Below, one piece after another: positions 1-10,578 of a DNA stretch of 64,000 nucleotides. Both the position numbers and the translations under genes were made by a program. The DNA lies in contig OU015567.1 in assembly GCA_907165135.1 (NCBI GenBank), positions 62,001 to 126,000 on the forward strand, given 5' to 3'. Below the pieces are notes generated by a model that did no database searches, was not told the origin of the DNA, and was given only the letters and a program-made list of their open reading frames with translations. How positions within the stretch are numbered: the stretch's first letter is position 1; each line of letters starts with the position of its first letter. Source of the stretch: Oikopleura dioica (Eukaryota > Animalia > Chordata).

Positions 1-1238
1 AAATAAAATAAGGGCAAAAAACGAACTTTCAAAATTTTGACCTCGTTTTTGGGCGATTCATGATAACAATGACCATCGAAAAATTTTTTTGAATTTTTTC
101 TGTTGGGTTTGTGAGGCTCAGAATCAACCAAAATGACGCTCGGAAGACGGCAGAAACGCTGCAAATAAAATAAGGGCAAAAAACAAACTTTCAAAATTTT
201 GACCTCATTTTTGGGCGATTCATGATAACGATGACCATCGAAAAAAATTTTTTGAATTTTTTCTGTTGGGTTTGAGAGGCTCAGAATCAACCAAAATGAC
301 GCTCGGAAGACGGCAGAAACGCTGCAAATAAAATAAGGGCAAAAAACGAAAATTCAAAATTTTGACCTCGTTTTTGGGCGATTCATGATAACGATGACCA
401 TCGAAAAAAAATTTTTTTTTTGTTTTTTTCTTCTGTTGGGTTTGAGAGGCTCAGAATCTACCAAAATGACGCTCGGAAGACGGCAAAAACGCTGCAAATA
501 AAATAAGGGCAAAAAACGAATTTTCAAAATTTTGTTCTCGTTTTTGGGCGATTCATGATAACGATGACCATCGAAAAAAAAATTTTTTTTTTGAATTTTT
601 TTTCTGTTGAGTTTGAGAGGCTCAGAATCAACCAAAATGACGCTCGGAAGACGGCAGAAACGCTGCAAATAAAATTAGAGCAAAAAACGAATTTTCAAAA
701 TTTTGACCTCGTTTTTGGGCGATTCATGATAACGATGACCATCGAAAAAAAATTTTTTTTTTTTGAATTTTTTTTCTGTTTGGTTTGAGAGGCTCAAAAT
801 CAACCAAAATGACGCTCGGAAGACGGCAGAAACGTTGCAAATAAAATTAGAGCAAAAAACGAATTTTCAAAATTTTGACCTTATTTTTGGGCGATTCATG
901 ATAACGATGACCATCGAAAAAAAATTTTTTTTTTGAATTTTTTTTCTGTTGGGTTTGAGAGGCTCAGAATCGACCAAAATGACGCTCGGAAGACGACAAA
1001 AACGCTGCAAATAAAATAAGAGCAAAAAACGAATTTTCAAAATTTTGACCTCATTTTTGGGCAATTCATGATAACGATGACCATCGAAAAAAAATTTTTT
1101 TTTTGAATTTTTTTTCTGTTGGGTTTGAGAGGCTCAGAATCAACCAAAATGACGCTCGGAATACGGCAGAAACGCTGCAAATAAAATTAGACCAAATAAC
1201 GAAATTTCAAAATTTTGACCTCGTTTTTGGGCGATTTA
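1..1238 (+). repeat. ~165-bp tandem satellite, block 1
   Basis: Monomer ATTCATGATAACGATGACCATCG(A)n(T)nGAA(T)nCTGTTGGGTTTGAGAGGCTCAGAATCAACCAAAATGACGCTCGGAAGACGGCAGAAACGCTGCAAATAAAATAAGGGC(A)nCGAACTTTCAAAATTTTGACCTCGTTTTTGGGCG. CATGATA recurs at 59, 221, 384, 554, 725. Confidence 0.98.
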
Positions 1239-1545
1239 TGATACGGAAGCGGCTGTCCTGCAATTTATGCGCGTTCTCTAACTCTAGAATGCCAAGCTAA
1301 AAATGACGAGAATCAAATTTTTTAATTTGCGTGGTTTTATTTGTGATTTGAATGAGAAAAAGAAGCACGGCGCGCGGTTAAATACGGCGAGATTGAATCA
1401 ATGTTTTTGAACGAGCGGTTGTTTTTGAGCTTTTGAAAAGCTTTTGTTTTTGAAATCAAGGAAGAAAGCCCAAGGCCATCAAAGCAGTTTTTCTTTCGGG
1501 AAATCCTTACGGATCGTATTCTTGCCGATTTAGAGCTGAGCTTGT

Positions 1546-2752
1546 TGATATCCTTAGGGAACAACGCCTCAAGCCAAATAAAAAATTTTTATTTCACGGC
1601 CAAATATTTACGCCAATTCGGTTCTACGTTAGTTTAAATTTGTCTTGTCAGCTTGGTATCACCAAATTGATCAGACATATTTGCAAAAATCATTTCACGA
1701 TATTCTACTTAAAATGAAAAGATGGTCAGTTTTAACGAGCCAGATTGACCCAAAATTGTCTTATCATCATGTCATCTCCTTACGATCTATACGTTCTATC
1801 ATTGGAATGCTCATATGCTCTCATCATAATACTTTTCTAGTGCAATCTGATGTCAATTCATCCAAAAATATGCTATTTGCAAAACTGCATGTTTAATCTA
1901 TTTATCGATATTTCTTATCATTGCTTTGCGATTTTTAAAGTTCGATTATTGACAGTGCATACGATTCAACTTCTACAACAAGAAAGTCGTCAACATCTTC
2001 TTCAACAACAACTACTCCAACGAGCCGATAAACCGTCGTATCATCTCGGTGCCGTGGGGTCGGACAAACTCTATGTCAGGGCGTCCGCTTGTCGCAAATT
2101 AGCTCATCCGTAAGAGAAGATACGGTGCGAACCGCGACAGTAACTTCCCCCGGGTATGTTCCTTGGAATTTGCTTCTTCTGTGATTTCAATTTTGATAAA
2201 TTCATTTTATAAAATCCTGACCAAATTTTATTCAATTTATTTGTTAAAATTTTGTATATATTCTTTTTACTTTTCTCATCCTTTTTTTATTTCAACCATA
2301 ATTAACAGTCACTTCTACGGTCACATAGTGAGAAGTTTAAGTGGCTGTTATTATTTTCTGCTTTTTATTTTGAAAAAATTAATTTGCGTTTTATCTCGTC
2401 ACGCGCGGCGCCGGCTCCCGAAACCTTTGAAAATAACTTGCTTGGCAAGTTCGATCAGCTCGTCTTCCGAAAAGAAATCGATCCGAAAGGATTTCCCGCA
2501 AGAAAAACCGCTAAAGAAAGCCACGGGCTCTCTTCCTTGTTTTCAAAAGAAAAATTGCTTTTCAAAAACAACCGCTTGTTCAAAAACACTGATCAAATCT
2601 CGCTGCTATTTAACCCCGCGTCGCGCCTTTTTCAGTCATTCAAATCACAAATAAAACCACGCAAATTTAAAATTTGATTCTCGTTATTTTGGCTTGGCAT
2701 TCTAGAGTTAGAGATCGAGCAAAATTCTTGCAGGACAGCCGCTTCCGTATCA
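1546..2752 (+). repeat. 5' LTR of A1 (1207 bp)
   Basis: Direct repeat of 8370-9572 with TG...CA termini. Confidence 0.97.
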
Positions 2753-3862
2753 TGGTGACCCCAACTCCTGAAGAGGTACTGTACAAGAGTCATGCGCTTT
2801 TTTCGGTTTCCCCAAATCAGATGATTAGATTAGGAATGAGAAATTTCGAATTCAATTTGATTAATTCTACAATTAAAGACAAATTACAGCGTGCAAAATG
2901 GATTTTTGAAAAATCTCTGGCGGAAAATAAACCCGAAAACAAAGAGGACCTCGAGGCTCAATTTTCGCGCCTTTCAAGCTCTTTTGTTTATAATTCATGC
3001 GAGCCGGAATTTCTTAGGGAATACGGGGAAGATCTTTATGGATTTGAATCAGCTGAGGAAAAATTGTCTTTTTTGACGTCTGTTTTTGGCGACGAATCGC
3101 CCGAGGAAAAGATCCTTCGAAACAAAGAAAAAATGGAAAATCTCACCCGAAAGAGCGAGAACAATGAAAAATTCGAGATATTTTTGTCACGTGTTAAAAC
3201 TGTCGCGGAGAAAATTACGCAGAAACCGGACGCGAGAGAATACATTATCGACGCGCAATTTAGAAAATCGCTCACGCCTGAACTGCAGAATTTTCTTCGC
3301 GATCAGTGTATGCTTGAAAAAACACCCGAGGAAATATCCAAATTTCTTGACAAAAGAAAACGAAATGAGACTATCCCCAAAATTGCCCAAATCGAAATTG
3401 ACGCGAAACTTGGCTCGTTTTTCCAGTCGACTTCCGACTTAATTTCAAAATCGACAATGTCCTTTGAGGATCAAATTTCTCAATTGAAAATTGAACAGAA
3501 AAAATCAGAAGAGGCGGCGGAAAAACGGGCGAGTGCGCTTCATGATCAAATTGAAAAACTAACGGCAACAATTGCAAAATTAGAAGTTGATCGCCGCAAC
3601 GATCAGAGTTTGACGCGTCAAAATAACCAGCAACGGAATTTTCAAAGTCGAAATTTGGGCGCGCCAAACCCGGATCGGCCAAGGCCTCGACGATTTTGTG
3701 GATTTTGTAACACAGACACTCATTTTAGATCGCATTGCCCCTTTATTACCTGTCATTTTTGTCAGAAAAAAAGGCCACATGAAAACAGCTTGCCCCGATA
3801 ATCCCGATAGAATTTACAGAGCTGCTCGGGTCGAGGGAGAAGAAACTTCAAAAAACGAGTAA
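2752..3862 (+). CDS. gag: Gag of A1 (two CCHC knuckles; one apparent +1 A indel at 3766-3772)
   Basis: ORF from ATG 2752 (MVTPTPEEV...) with CGFCNTDTHFRSHC. Removing one A from the 7-A run restores CHFCQKKGHMKTAC and a stop at 3860-3862. Confidence 0.9.
2753..2762 (+). promoter_or_regulatory. Primer-binding site, tRNA-Trp type (TGGTGACCCC)
   Basis: Directly abuts the 5' LTR. Matches the first 10 nt of the classical tRNA-Trp PBS TGGTGACCCCGACGTGA. Confidence 0.8.
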
Positions 3863-3897
3863 ATGGAACTGAAAGCCCTGGTCAGGCACCAGTTCCA
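3850..3897 (+). promoter_or_regulatory. -1 ribosomal frameshift signal (A AAA AAC plus downstream stem)
   Basis: Heptamer 3850-3856 is in X XXY YYZ phase with gag and pol is in the -1 frame. Stem TGGAACTG (3864-3871)/CAGTTCCA (3890-3897). Confidence 0.8.
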
Positions 3898-6800
3898 AGG
3901 ACTTGTTCAATTTTTCGCATTGGATTACAATATTTTGTAGAAATGACAGTTTTTTCAAAAAAAATAAAAATGCTCGTCGATTCTGGCTCCCAACTTAACC
4001 TTTTGCCCAAATCATTTATTCCCGATAATGTTAAAATTCAAGCCCCTGATATTTTTGCTAAAAATTACGGTGGAGGAAGTATTGAAATTCTTGGTTTTGT
4101 CGAATGTGATTTTCATGTTAAAACGGAAAAATGGGGTAAATCGCGATTTTATATTGTAAATGACAATTGTCAGGCAATTCTCGGTTCGGAAGCACTTAAA
4201 TCTAATGAAATTATGATCAATCTTCATCGAAATCGTCTAGTTAAATCTGGTCCTATAGAGCGAATGGCGAATTTATGTAATAATGCATCAAAAAGCCCAA
4301 CAGTTAATAACATTGAGCAAGACAGTTTTTATGCCGTTTCTGAGCAAACTTACACATTTCGAGGCAAAAGTGAGCAAATTATCGATTTAAAAATTCCTCA
4401 TTTGAACAGATCAATGAATCTTTTTTTAGAAGAAAGCCAGCTTAAAAATTCGAAGCTAGAGTTAATAGAATCATTCCAGAGAGTTGATCCCGAGAATCCA
4501 TTCTTTCGTATTCTTGTTATAAATCCCCTGAATTCTACAGTTAAAATTCCTGCTGGCACGGCCTTTGCAAAACTAGCGGAAATAGCTGAGATCGCCCAAA
4601 TCAAGCCCTCAAAAAAAGATCTTAATTTTCTTCTTTCGCGGTTAAAAATAGGCAATATATCGAAAAAGAATAAGCCGGTACTTTTTGGTCTTCTTGCTAT
4701 ATACACCCATTTATTTCAAGACGAGGACGACAATTTGCCTGTTTCGAACCTTGAAAAATTTTCGATTGAACTAGAGACTGATCGCCCGATTTGTAGCAAT
4801 ATGTACAGAACGCCATATGCCTTGCGGGGAATAATGACCGGTACTACTACCTCCTACCTTGGGCAAGACATGATAATGCGAATTAATTCACCCTATAATA
4901 GCCCCGCGTTACTCGTAAGGAAAAAGAATGGTACATTCAGATTATGTATTGATTACAGGAAATTAAATTCGTTTACGCTCCAGCAGCATCATCCGTTGCA
5001 ACAAATTGAAGACGTTTTAGGGTATTTAGAAAATAGCATTATTTTTTCTTGTGTTGATTTGCGAAAAGGATTTCATCAGTGCCTCGTAGATGAGAAATCG
5101 CGAGAAAAACTAGCTTTTTCGACTGAAGACGGACAATTTACTTGGAAAAGGCTTCCAATGGGTCTCAAAAATGCCCCTATTCATTTCGCAAAATGCATGG
5201 ATGTTATTTTACGAGACACGCCGAAAACTCAAATTTGCGCTTATCTTGACGATTTAGTGGTCCATTCAAGAACGGAAGAAGAACATTTAGCCAATTTACG
5301 TAAATTATTTCAAATTTTAGACCAAAATAATTTACGGATTAACATCGACAAAGCGAGTTTTTTTGAGCGAAAAGCATGCATTTTGGGTTTTGAAATTTTT
5401 GAAGGGAGAATACGGCCATCACAGGACAAGATCGAAGCGGTTAAAAATCTGTCTATTCCGAGAAACCGTGAGGAGGCACAATCACTTTTCGGACTTCTTT
5501 CGCAGCACAGAAAATTTATTAAAAATTTTGCACCCCTTGGAGTAGAAATTTCAAAAACGTACAGAGGGTCATTTTGTTGGACAAAAGAGGCGACGATTTC
5601 ACTCGAAAAGCTCAAAAGTATCATCTGCCATAACGCTCTTGAGCTCAAAATCCCCCCACTAAATGACGGTGTTTTCGTACTCGAGACAGACGCATCTAAT
5701 CATAGTTTTGGTGGAGTTCTTTATCTTTGCGCGGAGCGAAATAAAAATCACCATCATTCTCATAATTGCCTACAACCGATAGCTTACCACTCGCTTAATT
5801 TTACGCCGGCACAACAGAAATACGGGACATTGGAAAAAGAACTTTATAGTGGGAAGACATGTATGGAACGATGGAGGGCTTATCTTGCTTATGTCGATTT
5901 TCTTTGGATTACTGATAACTCTTGTGTTAAATACGCTCAATCCTTCAAGACAAATAATTTAAAAATTCAAAGATGGTTTACGGAGCTTCAGGGCTTTTCA
6001 TTTCGAATTGAACAGAGGAAAACTCATCAAATGAAAATAAGTGATTGCCTTAGTCGTAATACATTAAATTGTTCGATCAATCAAATAAAATTTACCCCTG
6101 AATCATTCGTAGAGTTTCAAAAATCTGACCCAGTATTATCACAAGTTAGACGTTTCGTTAGTATTGATAGATGGCCAAATAACCCACCAAGCGAGCTTTA
6201 CCCATTCTTTTTACGTAGACCTGACCTTGAAATCCTTGGGTCTGGTGAGCTAGCTATAAATTCTCCAGCCTATCAAAAAAAGATTTTGCGTCCCCGAGGC
6301 ATTGACAGAGACAATTTGCAGCGAATATCATGATCACTCTCATTTCGGAGTCGATATTACAACCGAAAAAATTTCTAGAAAGTATTTTTGGCCGGGATTA
6401 AAAAATACAGTCGCGAGCTTTATAAAATCATGTCACAAATGTCAAATTTCAAAACCAAATCTACAGCCTAACAAACCTCCTTTAGGCAAATCTGAAACAC
6501 CTAGCGGCCCTTTTGAAATTTTGTACTTTGATTTAATTGGCCCACTTCAAGAAACTGATTTTGGTCATAAATATATAATGGTGGTTATTGACGGTTTTAG
6601 CAAAAAAGTTTACGCGGAGCCCCTATCGTGCAAAAAATCGGATTATTTACTGCAAAAATTCCGGAGCGTATTATTTAGAAATCCAAAATTTCCAAAATAT
6701 ATGGTTTTAGATAACGCGAAGGAACACGTTCTGATTGAAAAATTTTTGAAAGAAAATAAAATTGGTGTACATTATATTCCCCCGCGTCATCCCCAGTCTA

Positions 6801-8319
6801 ACGGGCAAGTTGAAAACGTCAATAGAACCATAAAAGCCAGGCTCAGGGCTCGTTCAAATTGGGTGAATTGGGATATTTTTCTGTTTGAAATTGTTCACGA
6901 AATAAACAGTAGTTTACACACAGTACTCGGAACAACCCCATTTTGTGTAGAAACTGGTATAAAAAGCAGTCATCATTTTCAAGACCCTTATTGGCGAACA
7001 TACGGAGATAAAATCGACGTAGACTTTGAGAAAATTCGTGCGAAAATTGAACAAGAAAAGCAAAAAAGAATGACCAAATTTGAAAATCCCCGTTTCAAAG
7101 AATACAATTTAGGCGATAAAGTTCTTATTAAAAATTTCCGCGAAAAATTTCCTCCGTTTTTAGGTCCTTATGAAGTGACGTTTAAATCCCCGAGTGGTCT
7201 GTGGTACGCTGTTAAAAATGATAAGGACGAATTTAGGCGACATGCGGAACATATGAAAAGTTATTCTCAGCGAAATTCAATTTTAGAGACGAATAATGAT
7301 GTTGAAAAATACTCCAAGATTGTGACAAAGCCACAAGAGAACGATCTCGAGTTTTTTGAATTTTTTTCCGAAAACTGTCTTTTTTCGAAGGATTCCCTCG
7401 GCCGGTTTGCTGAAAATTCCCCCACAGAAAAAGAATCGGAAAAAGCGCATGAACCTTTCTCCTCCGAAAGGTCAGATCAGTCTTTACAATCGGAACCTTA
7501 TCGGGAGCGGTCTAGTTCTTCTTCAGAACCAGAAAATTTTTCATCCTCATCGACTCTTTTGATAGAAATGCCAGTACCGAATATAAATGGTAATCAAGAA
7601 CGTGATTTGAATCAAGTAGGAAATGGATCAGACATTGTGCTTGATTCCGAGAAATCAAGTTCTGATTCTGAGCTCTCTGTTAATTTGACATCGTACGATA
7701 AATTGCCCGAAATTGATCCGCTAGTTGCTTTAAAACGTAGAAGGGAAAGATCTGATGATTCCGTTGTCGAGCGTAAAATTGCTAAATTCACAGTTGAAAA
7801 TAATTTGGAAAACATGTCAATTTTAATTAAAATGGAAAATCATGATCTTGACTTTTTCGAACATCTTAATGATAAATGGAAAAATACAGACGACATAGAG
7901 GAGACCTATGTTGAAAATGGTATATTTATCAAACTGAACGAATTAACAAGAGACTCTCTTTTATTCATTCTTTTTAAAATGAATCAGGAATTTGATCTTG
8001 AGGAATCAAGGGCAAAACTTCAGATAAAAGTGAAGGAAACTATTCGTAGAGAATATCCGAATTGGCGTAAATCGAGAAACGGACAACTCCTTTTTTTTTT
8101 GCGGTCTTTAGAGTGCAAAAAGAGCGAACGTTGTACGAACTAACTGTCCCCGAGCTAAAAACTGTATGCGCATTTTATGATTTACCCTGTAAATTTCGAA
8201 ACTGCTCAAAAACAATTTTACAGGCATCTATCGAAACAGAACTGCTTAAAAAATTTCCAAATCATCCAATGCGTAAAAATGTTCTTGTTTTTCTTCCGGA
8301 CTTTGAAACTGAAATATAA
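3850..8319 (+). CDS. pol: Pol of A1: protease, RT, RNase H, integrase and long C-terminal extension (ORF pieces 3943-6333, 6302-8143, 8113-8319)
   Basis: Protease LVDSGS; RT LCIDYRKLN and YLDD; RNase H VLETDAS; IN HHCC zinc finger, D,D,E core and GPY motif. The two breaks lie in A7 and T-run homopolymers and are open in copy A2. Confidence 0.95.
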
Positions 8320-8369
8320 AAAAAGATGGGCGATAAAGATGCTCGTTTGGGACCCATGGAAGGTCACAG

Positions 8370-9572
8370 TGATATCCTTAGGGAACAACGCCTCAAGCCA
8401 AATAAAAAATTTTTATTTCACGGCCAAATATTTACGCCAATTCGGTTCTACGTTAGTTTAAATTTGTCTTGTCAGCTTGGTATCACCAAATTGATCAGAC
8501 ATATTTGCAAAAATCATTTCACGATATTCTACTTAAAATGAAAAGATGGTCAGTTTTAACGAGCCAGATTGACCCAAAATTGTCTTATCATCATGTCATC
8601 TCCTTACGATCTATACGTTCTATCATTGGAATGCTCATATGCTCTCATCATAATACTTTTCTAGTGCAATCTGATGTCAATTCATCCAAAAATATGCTAT
8701 TTGCAAAACTGCATGTTTAATCTATTTATCGATATTTCTTATCATTGCTTTGCGATTTTTAAAGTTCGATTATTGACAGTGCATACGATTCAACTTCTAC
8801 AACAAGAAAGTCGTCAACATCTTCTTCAACAACAACTACTCCAACGAGCCGATAAACCGTCGTATCATCTCGGTGCCGTGGGGTCGGACAAACTCTATGT
8901 CAGGGCGTCCGCTTGTCGCAAATTAGCTCATCCGTAAGAGAAGATACGGTGCGAACCGCGACAGTAACTTCCCCGGGTATGTTCCTTGGAATTTGCTTCT
9001 TCTGTGATTTCAATTTTGATAAATTCATTTTATAAAATCCTGACCAAATTTTATTCAATTTATTTGTTAAAATTTTGTATATATTCTTTTACTTTTCTCA
9101 TCCTTTTTTATTTCAACCATAATTAACAGTCACTTCTACGGTCACATAGTGAGAAGTTTAAGTGGCTGTTATTATTTTCTGCTTTTATTTTGAAAAAATT
9201 AATTTGCGTTTTATCTCGTCACGCGCGGCGCCGGCTCCCGAAACCTTTGAAAATAACTTGCTTGGCAAGTTCGATCAGCTCGTCTTCCGAAAAGAAATCG
9301 ATCCGAAAGGATTTCCCGCAAGAAAAACCGCTAAAGAAAGCCACGGGCTCTCTTCCTTGTTTTCAAAAGAAAAATTGCTTTTCAAAAACAACCGCTTGTT
9401 CAAAAACACTGATCAAATCTCGCTGCTATTTAACCCCGCGTCGCGCCTTTTTCAGTCATTCAAATCACAAATAAAACCACGCAAATTTAAAATTTGATTC
9501 TCGTTATTTTGGCTTGGCATTCTAGAGTTAGAGATCGAGCAAAATTCTTGCAGGACAGCCGCTTCCGTATCA
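8370..9572 (+). repeat. 3' LTR of A1 (1203 bp)
   Basis: Direct repeat of 1546-2752. Confidence 0.97.
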
Positions 9573-10578
9573 CTTGTCGAGCTTGCCGAGCAAGTTATGA
9601 TCGTTTATCTTTTCGAGCCGGCGCCGCGTGTGAAGAGTTCATAAAACGCAAATTATAATTTTTGATAAAAATAAACAAAGAATAAATTTACAGTCATTTA
9701 AACTTCTCACTATGTGACCGTAGAAATGACTGTAAAATAAAAACGAATAAAAGAAATAAAGAATATGTACAAAATAAGAAATAAATATTTAAACTTAAAT
9801 TTGGTCAGGATTCTAGTTAAAATATTTTTTTCGAATTTAAAGAATAGAAGAAATCCAAGGAACGTACCCGGGGAGAGTTACTGTCGCGGTTCACATCGTA
9901 TCTTCTCTTACGACTCGCTACTTTGCGACAAGCGGGCCTTCTGACATAGAAAAGGACCCGTTCCCACGGCATCGCGAGTGATACGGCGATATATCGGTTC
10001 GTTGAAGTAGTAGAAGTTGTTAAGAGCGTTGTAGGCGTCCTCGTTGTTGAAATTGAATCGTTAGCTGCACGGTCAATAATTGAACTGTAAAATCGCAAGA
10101 CGTGATAATAAAAAGATCGAATATTAAAACGAAGCACGGTATTGCGAGGTACTATTTGTTTGATGAAATGACGTCGAATTGCACTAGAAAAGTCAGAAAC
10201 AAATTAAAATTTTTCGAAGTATGCGTACATACACATTAATCCTAGACAGAACCCTTAATTAATTTCCGACCCGTTGATTATGATGAGAGCATGTGAGCAT
10301 TCCAATGAAAGATAGAAAAGACCAAAAGAATAAGATAATGAGATGATAACGAATTGATGTTTTGGGTCAGTCTGGCTCGTTAAAACTGACCGTCTTTTTT
10401 ATCGTGTTTAGAAAACTACCGTGAAATGATTTTTTACGAAAAAACTGAGAAATCAATTTGGTGATACCAAGCTGATAAAACAGATTTTATAACCATGTAG
10501 ACCCGAACTTGCGTAAATCTTTGGCCGTGAAAAAGAAGAGTTTGATTTTGTTTGAGGCGTTGTTCCCTAAGGATATCA

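Larger units (their letters stand above)
1546..9572 (+). mobile_element. Full-length Ty3/gypsy LTR retrotransposon A1, nested in solo LTR A0
   Basis: LTRs 1546-2752 and 8370-9572 (TGATA...TATCA) differ essentially only in homopolymer length. TSD CTTGT at 1541-1545 and 9573-9577. Order gag-PR-RT-RH-IN. Confidence 0.97.
1239..10578 (-). mobile_element. Solo LTR A0 (diverged relative of family A), split by element A1 into 1239-1545 and 9573-10578
   Basis: Starts TGATACGGAAGCGGCTGTCC (reverse complement of the family-A LTR end) and ends GAGGCGTTGTTCCCTAAGGATATCA (reverse complement of the A LTR start). TSD ATTTA at 1234-1238 and 10579-10583. Confidence 0.93.

Noticed and set aside
181-345. CENP-B box in the monomer
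   Set aside because: No TTCG-N4-A-N2-CGGG match seen.
2108-2140. HDV-like ribozyme suggested by hairpin followed by GCGAA
   Set aside because: No P3/L3/P1.1 elements in the required order. A0 has GUGAA at the would-be catalytic C and other lineages lack GCGAA.
1645-2654. LTR-internal ORFs (MSAWYHQ..., MSIHPK..., MEFASS...) and antisense ORFs within pol
   Set aside because: They recur only because LTRs are repeated, are interrupted differently among A-family copies, or are shadows of the pol frame.
8143-8370. env gene or chromodomain
   Set aside because: Pol runs to within ~50-75 bp of the 3' LTR in all elements. No separate ORF, transmembrane segment or chromodomain aromatic-cage pattern is seen.
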